Below, piece after piece: positions 1 to 9,176 of a stretch of DNA of 64,000 nucleotides (its first letter is position 1; the number at the start of each line of letters is the position of its first letter). Both the position numbers and the translations under genes were made by a program. A model generated the notes under the pieces. It was not told where the DNA came from and made no database searches. It saw nothing but the letters and a program-made list of their open reading frames with translations. The DNA lies in NCBI GenBank assembly GCA_027492255.1, contig JAPUFB010000003.1:13889-77888 (forward strand), written 5' to 3'. The DNA comes from Candidatus Saccharimonadota bacterium (GTDB taxonomy: Bacteria; Patescibacteriota; Saccharimonadia; Saccharimonadales; Saccharimonadaceae).

Positions 1-319
1 GGTGCGTGTCGAGTGTCGCGCTGATGTTGGTCAGCACACCGAGGTTCCGGTAGATGAACTCTACCAGACGCCTCGCGTCATCGACTGCACCAGCGCCGGA
101 CATGCCACCGACGTACAGCTCGCCGTTCGGGTCACAGAAGGTGTTCTGGACATCGATCGCGAGCAGGCCAACGCGGAACTTGTCCGTGGCAGCCGCCTTG
201 ATGTCGTGGCGCGTACGGAAGTTGTTGGCTTCCGCCTGAAGCGCTCCGTAGTCGATCCAACGGTCGGATACGACGTTCTTCGGGTCGTAGAAGTAGGGAT
301 TGGACAGGTTGGTGGTCAT
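1..319 (-). CDS. isochorismatase/nicotinamidase-family hydrolase, N-terminal 106 codons (continues beyond window start)
   Basis: Edge-truncated and absent from the ORF track. Reverse complement from ATG (319..317) reads MTTNLSNPYFYDPKN...KFRVGLLAIDVQNTFCDPNGELYVGG...NISATLDTH. The hhhDxQNxF strand with catalytic Asp is typical of the PncA/isochorismatase fold. AAAGGA lies 7 nt upstream. ORF 2..406(+) is its antisense shadow. Confidence 0.6.
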   Translation of the reverse strand, partial: MTTNLSNPYFYDPKNVVSDRWIDYGALQAEANNFRTRHDIKAAATDKFRVGLLAIDVQNTFCDPNGELYVGGMSGAGAVDDARRLVEFIYRNLGVLTNISATLDTH

Positions 320-333
320 GATCGGATCCTTTC

Positions 334-2199
334 TCATCTGATCTCAAGGAGTGTGATTTCCTTGCTGGAAACCACATGGATACCACCTGGTCCTGGGACC
401 AAGTAGCTGTGGCTGTCGACGAAGGGTTCTGTATCCGGGAACTCACGTTCCGTAACGATACTTCCTCCATCAATCGCCAAGCGGACAATACCGTCATCAG
501 TTGCCGTGAAAAGCGCTTCACCAAGTGCAAGATGTCCGCGAATTTCGCGACCAAGCCAGGAATCGCTTCCCTGCTCCGCCGTTTCACTCGTCAGAAGATG
601 GCCATTGGAATCGAAGATGTAGCAACGATTCATAAGCCGTGTCTTCTCTTGGGACGCAGTAAAGAACCACGCCTTGTTGTCGCCAAAGTAACACGTTGCG
701 TCAGTGAGCTGACCTTGCAACGCGGGTAGTTCGACTCTGTCGTTCAAACCAGATTTCCCGGGCTCGAACATGAATGCTCGAGTCAAGTTATGTGCCTGGT
801 AAAACCCAAAGCCAAATCGCTTACCTACCCAGAATAGAGTCTGGCCAGGCAAAACATCGCCGATATAGCGAGGTTGCAGTTGACCGCTTTCAAGCAGTTG
901 ACCGTTTGCCTCCCAAAACACATTGCTTGCATTGGCATCGAACACTGGCAGTCGATCGCGGTACATCCCGAGGAGCGTCTTACTGACAGAACCGTCAGCT
1001 TCAGCACCCAGTAGGGTTGTACCTTGTCCGATTAGTGTCGTGTCGCCCTGAATCCGAAACCGAAGTCCTGGACTCAGATCGGCAGACATCAGACGACGGC
1101 CGCCTTCACGGTAGAGCGCGCCAGATTCCTCATAGAGGAACCGTAATGTCCCGCCATGATTGACCGCTTGCAGGATTCGTCCGGTAGTACGGAAGATACG
1201 CCGGGCAGTTACCTGACCGCGAATCGTCACAACTTGACGGACAACCCCAGGAGTACTGCACTGCGGGCACACGTTGCGAGCGTGAAGCGTACCGCAACTA
1301 CTACACACAGTAAAGCGCAGTGTGTTCAATAGACGCTCAGGAAAATCTTCCCGCTTGTTGTGCTTGAACACCTGGTCAATATAGGCAAGCCACTCATCCG
1401 GCAACGCGCCGAAGTGAAGCGCTGGCTTCGGGTAGATCACATCCGTATCAAGAAACGTGACGCGCTGAAGCACGCGGGCGTCTTGTGTGAGACGTTTTCC
1501 AACCTTCGGCCTATGAACCCCGCCGTACGGACCCACATAAAGCAGCGACTGGAGCAGCATCACAAAGTATGCGTACCAATCACTCTGCTCGTTATGGGGA
1601 CGAATGAGCGTTAACGCATCAGGTCGAGCAATCAGCGGATCAATGAAACGGTTCGTGTAGGTATGACACTGAAAAGCGCCAAATTGCATACTATCCGCAT
1701 CAATCAACCGAACGTCCGTGTTATTTGTCATAACATTAAGATCATTGAAGTCACCGATCACTGCATGAGCTCCGTGAATACGATCCACAACACTCCGCAG
1801 CTTTCGAAATACTTCAACTACCATGTTGTTATCGACATTAGCCGTCTCGCGATACGACCGGTTACCAAGATTCATCAGCACATCCATACCATTTACAAAC
1901 GGCATCGTGTAGCCAACGATCCTTCCTCCGGGAGTATCATATGCGAGTGCGGCGGGTGCGATCACTTCAGGTGGCAACGATTTCGGAAATGCCAACAGCT
2001 TACGCTGCTGCTCATCAAGCCGGAATTGCGCCCCCTGCTGAGCAATTACATCACCCGCAAAATCCGGATGAGTCGGCTCCTTGTATCGCTTAAGTACGGT
2101 ATGAGCATCGATCTTGTAGATCTCAGCTTCACCGCCAACGCCTACTAGCATCCCCGCATTCAGGCGGAGAGATTTACCATCCACAATTGCCTTGGCCAT
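334..2199 (-). CDS. atypical Ser/Thr protein kinase (YegI-like) with zinc ribbon and beta-rich C-terminal half
   Basis: ORF 334..2214; GGAGG sits 4 nt before the ATG at 2199 (MAKAIVDG...). Motifs: VGGEAEIYK, HAVIGDFNDLNV (HxDxxxxN catalytic loop), LIDADS (DFG-equivalent), CSSCG...CPQC. Layout resembles E. coli YegI-type kinases. TGA stop. Confidence 0.6.
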   Translation of the reverse strand: MAKAIVDGKSLRLNAGMLVGVGGEAEIYKIDAHTVLKRYKEPTHPDFAGDVIAQQGAQFRLDEQQRKLLAFPKSLPPEVIAPAALAYDTPGGRIVGYTMPFVNGMDVLMNLGNRSYRETANVDNNMVVEVFRKLRSVVDRIHGAHAVIGDFNDLNVMTNNTDVRLIDADSMQFGAFQCHTYTNRFIDPLIARPDALTLIRPHNEQSDWYAYFVMLLQSLLYVGPYGGVHRPKVGKRLTQDARVLQRVTFLDTDVIYPKPALHFGALPDEWLAYIDQVFKHNKREDFPERLLNTLRFTVCSSCGTLHARNVCPQCSTPGVVRQVVTIRGQVTARRIFRTTGRILQAVNHGGTLRFLYEESGALYREGGRRLMSADLSPGLRFRIQGDTTLIGQGTTLLGAEADGSVSKTLLGMYRDRLPVFDANASNVFWEANGQLLESGQLQPRYIGDVLPGQTLFWVGKRFGFGFYQAHNLTRAFMFEPGKSGLNDRVELPALQGQLTDATCYFGDNKAWFFTASQEKTRLMNRCYIFDSNGHLLTSETAEQGSDSWLGREIRGHLALGEALFTATDDGIVRLAIDGGSIVTEREFPDTEPFVDSHSYLVPGPGGIHVVSSKEITLLEIR

Positions 2200-2218
2200 C
2201 ACTCCTCCTTTCATTGGC

Positions 2219-3007
2219 CTAGGATGCGCGTCGTCCCACGATGATTGTTGTATCGTCGCTCAGTAATCCGTGCTCTGGATTGTTATGGGGAAAATCGCGC
2301 CCAGCAAGTCTCAACTGACGACTGACAAGATCAGGGTTACCCTTGAAATATCTGTCATCCAGCCAAAACTGGCTCAGTGGTCCGATGTTGCGGTCAAGTC
2401 CTGGCATCGTCTTGTCTTGATGCTTCACGAAATCATCGACTCCGTCAGTACCAATCAAGAACGAGTTCAGCTCTTCATTCGCAACCTCCATGAACGGCAG
2501 CAGTTTAATCCCAGAAGGATCAATGCGCAGTTCATTTTCGAGCAATCCATACGCAAGGTACGGCGGTCTATTTTCGGGATATGGTCCAAGTGGCCATTGT
2601 TCGCCATTGATAACAGCTGTGCCGTCACCGCAGGCAAAGAAGGTTGCAGTCTCAGGAGTCAAAATAACACCGATGATCGTGAAGAGAAAATATTCCTCAA
2701 CGACCTTACGATAATCGCCACCCAAACTCTGAGCAAGAATATCCAGTTGTGAAAGTACATGACGCTGAGTCTTTTGCCAATCGATTCTTCGATAGGCGCC
2801 GTACTGTCGCGCAATCTGTTCCGCAACCATTCTCACGCCAAGCTGAGCACCGACCTCCGTTTTCGCACCGCTTCCGCAGCCATCTGAAACTACCGCTACT
2901 GTCAATCCGGTGTATTGCAGGATCGTATAAGCATCCTGATTATTCCGGTTAACGACGCGATGGTCACGTCCGACCATGCTTCCGCCTGCGAGCTGGAAAT
3001 CCGTCAT
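2219..3007 (-). CDS. PP2C-family Ser/Thr protein phosphatase
   Basis: ORF 2219..3118, but GGAGGT lies 7 nt before the ATG at 3007 (MTDFQLAGGSMVGRDHR...). VVSDGCGSG and LIGTDGVDD are PP2C metal-binding Asp motifs. The stop is 19 nt before the kinase start, so they form an operon. Confidence 0.7.
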   Translation of the reverse strand: MTDFQLAGGSMVGRDHRVVNRNNQDAYTILQYTGLTVAVVSDGCGSGAKTEVGAQLGVRMVAEQIARQYGAYRRIDWQKTQRHVLSQLDILAQSLGGDYRKVVEEYFLFTIIGVILTPETATFFACGDGTAVINGEQWPLGPYPENRPPYLAYGLLENELRIDPSGIKLLPFMEVANEELNSFLIGTDGVDDFVKHQDKTMPGLDRNIGPLSQFWLDDRYFKGNPDLVSRQLRLAGRDFPHNNPEHGLLSDDTTIIVGRRAS

Positions 3008-3140
3008 TACACCTACCTCCATAGCTCTAGTGATACAAATTGTTAAGGATGCGAGGAGCGATTTCGGGCTCACTTGGCTCCGTCCGTCTCGACCTGCATA
3101 GTGGCAGGGAGGCTTCAATCATCACTTCCGTAATGCTTGA

Positions 3141-3159
3141 TAGTGTTAATATAACACTA
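3141..3159. promoter_or_regulatory. perfect palindrome TAGTGTTA-ATA-TAACACTA upstream of the PP2C-kinase operon (candidate operator)
   Basis: 8-bp arms with a 3-nt spacer in an AT-rich 100-nt spacer. The same half-site (TTAGTGTT/AACACTAA) recurs as inverted pairs at 5694-5704/5752-5762 and 21845-21856/21903-21914. Confidence 0.35.
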
Positions 3160-3221
3160 AGTAATATTTAAAGTAAATAGTTTTTGTAAATATTACAATA
3201 ACTATTGTGTTTCAAAAGAAA

Positions 3222-4772
3222 TTAAGGCTTAGCTGCAATAAGTAATGTATTTGTCACAGGCTGTTCAACTGGTACGAGCGTATCGTTCTGCCTCTCATAC
3301 ACGTCGGCAGCTACTGCAAACCGATTGTCGATAAGCCATTGATTCCGAATAGCACGAGTCCCCTGCTGTATCTCAAAACCAACCGCACGAAGTGCCTGCT
3401 GCCATTGTTCGTGACTGAAGAAACAAAACCGTTCATGCATTTCGCTTTTCCAACTATTGAGGTAGTCTTTCTTCGCGAGAAAATCACAGAGATCACCATG
3501 ACGAAGAGAAATATATTCCTGGTCTCCAATAATAACTGTTTCACTCTGAATCTGATCGCCTTCAGTCGCGCGAAAGTCCCGCGCAAAGCGTTTGAAACGA
3601 CTGGCGCTCGAAAGAGTTCTGAGGAAATCGGCAAGTTCAGAACCCTCAAGTTCCCAATGCAAATCTTCCGGATTATCTCCGTCTTCGTGATTAAACCGAA
3701 CAAACACCTGCTTGTCCGGATCATCAGGCCCGACAACATCGTAATTGATATAGACGCCACTTTTTTTAAGCATCGTGAACGCACGGACCAAGAACTTCTC
3801 AAGCTCAGGACGCCCCAGGTAGGATTCTATCTCGTGCGTAAGCGCCATTGTGAGCACGGTCGACATAGAATTCTCGACAAATAAATCGCTTTGCATAATA
3901 TTGCGCTGATAGAAGAATACGTTGGCATCACCGAATTCTGAGTTGTGCTGACGCTGCCGGCAAATATCATAGAGCGGGCGGGCGACTTCAACCCCATAAA
4001 AATCCGACTCAAAAAACTCTGGCCGCTCAGCAAGCAATTTGATTGTCTGCCCAGTCGCACATCCGACATCGACGATTCGGCCAGGCTTCACATAGTCAAC
4101 AAAATCCGCTACTTTCCGCCAGGCATTGTCCTCGAACGAAGCTCGGTACGTCGCATAATCTCGAGAGACAGTGATATCACCGTCATCAGTCGAAACAAGC
4201 GGGTCAGCAAACACTGTCTGGATAGATTCAGCCATTTTGTAGCGATCATAGTACGTTCGGCAAGCGGGATCGATTGTACTAGCTACCATATCATCGCTTG
4301 CCCACTCTTTCCCAGTTTGAACGATTCGCTCAACAACATTCCACGGCTTGGGTGCCCCTGTTTCCAACTCGTTCTTTTTGACAGTAAACCCGAGCGCCTC
4401 ATACAGCTCAATCACACCCTCTGTCGAGCAGATGACGAGCGTATTATCAGGAGTACATACTATCTCGCCGTTCGATTGGATGCGAATATCTTCGATGAGA
4501 TAATGTGAAAAATCCTTTTTATATTGACGGTTCGGAATCATAAATACCATCGATGGGAGATTGTTGACACCTACTACATACTCGATCATCCCAAGGCGGC
4601 GTGAGCCCCTCAGTGGATTGCGGAGTGTACCGGTATGATCTGCTGAGGTAACAGCCCACACTATTATCGCCTCAGGAAATTCTTCTAAAAGAGTTTTTAG
4701 ATATGCAATCTCAGCCGAAGTTACGAGATGATGCCTTCCAGGTATAAGCAGATAGCGCATAGTACTTCTCAC
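3222..4772 (-). CDS. two-domain protein: nucleotidyltransferase-like N-terminus fused to class I SAM-dependent methyltransferase
   Basis: 516-aa ORF starting at GTG 4772; ATG at 4760 gives MRYLLIPGRHH. LIPGRHHLVT sits where adenylyl/cytidylyltransferase folds carry the HxGH motif, and is degenerate here. IVDVGCATGQ is SAM motif I. Confidence 0.5.
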   Translation of the reverse strand: MRSTMRYLLIPGRHHLVTSAEIAYLKTLLEEFPEAIIVWAVTSADHTGTLRNPLRGSRRLGMIEYVVGVNNLPSMVFMIPNRQYKKDFSHYLIEDIRIQSNGEIVCTPDNTLVICSTEGVIELYEALGFTVKKNELETGAPKPWNVVERIVQTGKEWASDDMVASTIDPACRTYYDRYKMAESIQTVFADPLVSTDDGDITVSRDYATYRASFEDNAWRKVADFVDYVKPGRIVDVGCATGQTIKLLAERPEFFESDFYGVEVARPLYDICRQRQHNSEFGDANVFFYQRNIMQSDLFVENSMSTVLTMALTHEIESYLGRPELEKFLVRAFTMLKKSGVYINYDVVGPDDPDKQVFVRFNHEDGDNPEDLHWELEGSELADFLRTLSSASRFKRFARDFRATEGDQIQSETVIIGDQEYISLRHGDLCDFLAKKDYLNSWKSEMHERFCFFSHEQWQQALRAVGFEIQQGTRAIRNQWLIDNRFAVAADVYERQNDTLVPVEQPVTNTLLIAAKP

Positions 4773-4826
4773 TATAGCAGATAGACGGTGGTTATATCAG
4801 TACAAAAAATACCTGAAGAAGCCTTC

Positions 4827-5648
4827 TTATGAACCGAGAATACGCGGACTATGTTCGGCTTGATGAAGCAATTCCTTGCCGCTATAGCGTCGTCGTTCTT
4901 TTAGTTCAACCCATTCACCACTATATGGCGAGCGCTCAAGATCAACAGGATTTGTATAACGACGCCAGTGTATCCTATCCCTCACGTCATGTGCGTCCTT
5001 AGGATTTACCCTCGTATACTCTAAAATCATGCAGTTCTTAAAACTGAGCGCTCCGTCACGATCAACTTCTTCCCATTCTTCTGGTGTCATGCGCTCAATG
5101 CCGTACCGTGCAGCATTCATAAAGTCGCCGTGCGTCACGATGATAACGCGTTTTCCATCTTGTTCCCTGTGCAACGTTCCTTGAAAATCACGAAACCGAG
5201 CATACACATCCAGCATACTTTCTCCGCCATCAAGACGAATATACCAAGGGTTAAGGGATTTTTCTTTTGCAGTCAGAGGATACTTTTCACTCTGCTCCTC
5301 GCGGCTTAATTTCCCGTACACCCCCCATCCGCGCTCAGCCAAACGATCGTCGATCGTCCATCCAGTTGTCTTATTACCTCCGACATAGGCAGCTGTTTCC
5401 CTGGTTCTATAAAATGGTGAAACATACAGTGCATCAAAATCTGCCACAGGACCAATATGCTCCGTAAACCATGCACCCGCGATAACCGCTTGTTCGACGC
5501 CGAGACTCGTGAGGCGATGTTGCCAATCAGGACGGTCAAAAATCTGCTTTACGAGCGTTGCCTTGACACCGTGCTGGCCATCTTTTTGCACAACATTTGC
5601 CTCGGACTGTCCATGGCGGATAAATATGACATGATTCGGCATACTCAT
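4827..5648 (-). CDS. histidine phosphatase (phosphoglycerate-mutase-like) family protein
   Basis: VIFIRHGQSEAN (RHG catalytic motif), SPFYRTRETA, IIVTHGDF. GAGGAG precedes the ATG. Confidence 0.7.
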   Translation of the reverse strand: MSMPNHVIFIRHGQSEANVVQKDGQHGVKATLVKQIFDRPDWQHRLTSLGVEQAVIAGAWFTEHIGPVADFDALYVSPFYRTRETAAYVGGNKTTGWTIDDRLAERGWGVYGKLSREEQSEKYPLTAKEKSLNPWYIRLDGGESMLDVYARFRDFQGTLHREQDGKRVIIVTHGDFMNAARYGIERMTPEEWEEVDRDGALSFKNCMILEYTRVNPKDAHDVRDRIHWRRYTNPVDLERSPYSGEWVELKERRRYSGKELLHQAEHSPRILGS

Positions 5649-5702
5649 AGTATTGTTTCTCCTCTTTGTAGTTTCTAGTGTATCACAAATCTATAGTTAG
5701 TG

Positions 5703-5731
5703 TTGACATTACATTAAGTAGCGTATACACT
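5703..5731 (+). promoter_or_regulatory. sigma70-type promoter for pncB (TTGACA-17 nt-TACACT)
   Basis: TTGACA at 5703-5708 and TACACT at 5726-5731, about 45 nt upstream of the AGGAG/ATG of pncB. Confidence 0.4.
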
Positions 5732-5777
5732 GTAGGTATTGGTGTATATATAACACTAACTAATACAGGAGTCTACT

Positions 5778-7067
5778 ATGAACAATTATCTTACCGAAAA
5801 CCCAGAACGCGACACTTTCCTGTCCCAAGGACTTGATTACTACAAGGCGACCATGAGCCAGGTTGAATATGAAAAACACCCGGATACAATCGTTACGTTT
5901 GAGATGAAAAATCGCGGCAAAAACCGCCTTTCCGAATACGTATCCCCTACTGAACTTGAAGCTCGGCTGGCTGAACTTGAAAAGGGTTGGAGTCCCGAGG
6001 AAATAGCCTATCTCGCAAGCTTGCAAAACCAAGACGGCAAAGGACAATTCTCGGAAGAGTTTCTTGATTATCTTATCGATAACCCCCTGCCTCCTATCGA
6101 CATCTCTCTTGACGATGCGGGTGAATTAGCGGTTCAAACTACTGGACCATGGCCGCTAGTAACCTTCTGGGAAACGGTTGCGATGAGTGAAATAAATGAG
6201 ATTTACTTTGCAAATAAATTGAATAGTGAAGGTAAAGATCTCGATGACCTGTACCGCGAAGGTGATCGCCGGCTTGATGAAAAAATTGCGCGCTTGAAAG
6301 CTCGTCCTGATATCAAATTTTCAGACTTCGGAACCCGCAGACGCTTCAGTTATGATTGGCAGGAACATGTGGTAACTCGAATCGCAACTGAGCTACCCGA
6401 TAACTTTCTCGGTACCTCCAATATATTTCTTGCGCATAAGCTAGGATTAAAGCCAATTGGCACGTTCGCTCATGAACTGTTAATGGTCTATGCTGCACTT
6501 GAAGACAAGGCAGGCAATGATCCATTAACGGGACAGAGAAAGGTTTTTCAAGATTGGAATGAAGTATATAGAGGTGACCTTTCGACTGCTCTCACGGATA
6601 CATTCACGACGCCGTTCTTCTTTGCAGATTTCACCCCGGAACAAGCTCGAGCATGGAAAAGCCTCCGTCATGACTCTGGCGATCCGTTTGATTTCGGCGA
6701 CGAAGTGATTGAGTTTTACGAATCGCTCGGTATAAATCCGCTGGAAAAGACAATTGTCTTCAGCGACAATCTCGACATCGATAAGATCTTTGAACTGGCA
6801 GATTATTTCCAGGGCAAGATTAATATCATCTTCGGCTGGGGCACGACGCTCATGAACGACCTCGGTATTGAGACAAACAATTTCGTGATGAAAGCTGTTC
6901 GAGCGGACGGCCAAGATGCAGTGAAATTAAGCGACGCTAAAGGCAAACATACCGGCAACGAAGCCGATGTTGTGCGCTACGAATCGTTCGCGGAACGTCA
7001 CATTGCTGCCCGGGCTCTGAGAAAAACTGTCGTCCTGAGCCCTGAACGACAGCTTGTTGCCGCATAG
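5778..7067 (+). CDS. pncB: nicotinate phosphoribosyltransferase
   Basis: 429 aa with DYYKATMSQV and SDFGTRRRFS (PncB signature), HELLMV, IFGWGT. AGGAG lies 7 nt upstream. Confidence 0.85.
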   Translation: MNNYLTENPERDTFLSQGLDYYKATMSQVEYEKHPDTIVTFEMKNRGKNRLSEYVSPTELEARLAELEKGWSPEEIAYLASLQNQDGKGQFSEEFLDYLIDNPLPPIDISLDDAGELAVQTTGPWPLVTFWETVAMSEINEIYFANKLNSEGKDLDDLYREGDRRLDEKIARLKARPDIKFSDFGTRRRFSYDWQEHVVTRIATELPDNFLGTSNIFLAHKLGLKPIGTFAHELLMVYAALEDKAGNDPLTGQRKVFQDWNEVYRGDLSTALTDTFTTPFFFADFTPEQARAWKSLRHDSGDPFDFGDEVIEFYESLGINPLEKTIVFSDNLDIDKIFELADYFQGKINIIFGWGTTLMNDLGIETNNFVMKAVRADGQDAVKLSDAKGKHTGNEADVVRYESFAERHIAARALRKTVVLSPERQLVAA

Positions 7068-7079
7068 GAAAAATGCTAT

Positions 7080-8906
7080 TTACTCTGAGAGTTCACTTTC
7101 ATGGAGCTGAGATTCGAACATGCGATAATAACGACCCTTCTTGGCTATAAGTTCTTTGTGAGTTCCCTGTTCGGTCAATTCGCCCTCTTCGAGCATATAG
7201 ATCACATCGGCTTTCTCGACCGTCGTCAAACGGTGGCTAATTGTGATAATCGTCTTGTCTTTGCGCCCGAGCAGTTTCTTAAAAATCCTTGATTCCGCAA
7301 GCGCATCGATTGCACTGGTTGGTTCGTCGAGGATGATAATCGGTGCATCGCGGTAAAAATTCCTAGCGAGCGCCAATCGTTGCCACTGACCACCGGAAAG
7401 CTCGACTCCTTTCGTCCCCTCATCATCCTGCATCCAGTTATCGACATGAGTATCTTCACCCTTCGGCAGTTTCTTGACGAATTCTTCCGCTTCAGCATCA
7501 CGTAGCGCCCGGTCGAGGAGCTCGCGGCTATTTTTGTCGACATCACCGAAGAGGACATTGTCTTTAGCCGTTGCAAACCAGTACTTGGCAAAATCCTGAC
7601 CCAAAACCGCCAGCTGCTTGTGCCACTGGTCAGTTTTTACGTCAAACAACAGCATACCATCAACCAACACCTCACCTTTCGTCGGATTGTAGACTCCGGA
7701 TAGGAGCTTTATGAGTGTTGTTTTACCGGCACCATTTTCACCAACAATTGCGATATGCTGCCCGCGTATTATCGAGAAACTAATCCCTTTCAGGACATCG
7801 CTATCTTGTCCGTGGTAGCGAAACCACACGTCTTTAAATTCAATTTTTTCAGGCATATCTTTAAGCGCAATAGTTCCTACTTTTCCCTGAGCCAACTCCA
7901 TGAATTTTTGATATTCAAATAGATTAGCGACATCTTCGTCGATACTACTGAGCTCGGAGATAAAGCCGTTTGACCCGCTGAGCGCACGTTGCACGATCTG
8001 CTGCACGTACACAAATTGACCAATTGGCTGCGTACGGCTAATCACCTGCAATGTCACCCAAATGAGTGATCCAAGTTCGGCTATTGCCTGTAATGCGTCT
8101 GCTAAGAGCCGCTTTGAAACATATTTGCGCTCGAACTCTATACGCGCTTTTTCATCTTTATCCCGCAGTGTTGAACGGAGATCAAGCAGATAGCGAACAA
8201 TACCGTAAAGCCTGAGCTCAACAATAATACCCGGCTGCAGAAGATTCCACTCTATCAAGCTTTTAGCACGACGGGTTTCAACATTTTTATTCCAATGTTC
8301 GACCTGCTGCCGTGTCAGCCTGAACTGCAAATAGGTACCTGGAATAATTGCAATAAGCACAAACAATGCCATCCAGACATTCACCGTGACCAGAGCCACA
8401 ACACCAGCAATCATTGTAATTAACTGTGAGATAATCGACGCGAGCCGATCAAATATCCAGGCGAAAAACTGCGAAAATTTCTGGGCTTTATCGTAAAGAT
8501 CGGCCGTCTCTTTATCGTCATATCGCCAAAACTCAAGTCGCAGAAACTGTTCATACATCCGATCTGATACTTTCGACTCAACAATAAAGCGCATCTTTGC
8601 CTGTACGTATTGATCAATACTACTCCAAACTAGTGAAAAGAGGCCAAGTACCGACGTGATGATGATATATACAAGTACTTGCTGTTTTGCCTGCTCACTA
8701 CCTCCATAGGCGGCAACGAGTGCGGTTGTCGTCAGTGCTGCAAAGTAGGCGGTCGCAAACGGAACTAACGAGCTGACGAGTGCCCCGGCCAGCTTAAATA
8801 GGACAGCGCCGGGCGCGATCGAGAAACTTAACTTAGCAACACTAAAAATTGCTGCCGCTTGTTCGCGCAGTGTCATCTTTTTACTCCTATTAAATCGAGA
8901 CCTCAT
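7080..8906 (-). CDS. ABC transporter, fused permease/ATP-binding exporter (MsbA-like type)
   Basis: 608 aa. N-terminal half has 6 TM segments. Walker A GENGAGKTT, signature LSGGQWQRLALAR, Walker B IIILDEPTS. Confidence 0.85.
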   Translation of the reverse strand: MRSRFNRSKKMTLREQAAAIFSVAKLSFSIAPGAVLFKLAGALVSSLVPFATAYFAALTTTALVAAYGGSEQAKQQVLVYIIITSVLGLFSLVWSSIDQYVQAKMRFIVESKVSDRMYEQFLRLEFWRYDDKETADLYDKAQKFSQFFAWIFDRLASIISQLITMIAGVVALVTVNVWMALFVLIAIIPGTYLQFRLTRQQVEHWNKNVETRRAKSLIEWNLLQPGIIVELRLYGIVRYLLDLRSTLRDKDEKARIEFERKYVSKRLLADALQAIAELGSLIWVTLQVISRTQPIGQFVYVQQIVQRALSGSNGFISELSSIDEDVANLFEYQKFMELAQGKVGTIALKDMPEKIEFKDVWFRYHGQDSDVLKGISFSIIRGQHIAIVGENGAGKTTLIKLLSGVYNPTKGEVLVDGMLLFDVKTDQWHKQLAVLGQDFAKYWFATAKDNVLFGDVDKNSRELLDRALRDAEAEEFVKKLPKGEDTHVDNWMQDDEGTKGVELSGGQWQRLALARNFYRDAPIIILDEPTSAIDALAESRIFKKLLGRKDKTIITISHRLTTVEKADVIYMLEEGELTEQGTHKELIAKKGRYYRMFESQLHESELSE

Positions 8907-8927
8907 AGCAGGTGCTATTGTAACGGT

Positions 8928-9176
8928 TTAAGATAGCTTTTCAAAACGCTGGCGCGTCATACCGCCGATTGCTACCGTGGCCGTAAAATCTTTGTATGTC
9001 CGCACCCAAACATCTGGTGTCTCTCCGGTGTCGTAGAGTGCACGATACACCACAAGCCATTCATGCGTTGCTTTGTTCATCGCCAGTGTCAACACTTCAT
9101 ATTCCCCGCCTTTATAGTGACGGTATTTCCCTATCTCAAGCTCAGGCCGTGGAGTAAAGCTGTCGCGATCAGGCAT
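8928..9176 (-). CDS. DUF1653-like small protein
   Basis: 82 aa; YRHYKGGEYEVL...WLVVYRALYD...WVRTYKDF matches the DUF1653 pattern. Overlaps the upstream gene by 8 nt. Confidence 0.6.
   Translation of the reverse strand: MPDRDSFTPRPELEIGKYRHYKGGEYEVLTLAMNKATHEWLVVYRALYDTGETPDVWVRTYKDFTATVAIGGMTRQRFEKLS

Noticed and set aside
2-406. 134-aa plus-strand ORF at the window start
   Set aside because: It is the antisense shadow of the high-GC isochorismatase-like gene on the minus strand. It has no start context or recognisable motifs, whereas the minus frame gives a clean family match.
3008-3118. Long N-terminal extensions suggested by the ORF track (PP2C to 3118, ddl to 38089, glucosaminidase to 54610, CHAP to 56438, oxidase to 49758, padR to 17773)
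   Set aside because: In each case an internal ATG or GTG with an SD or a -10 box matches the family N-terminus, and the extension overlaps a neighbouring gene or promoter. The shorter models were reported.
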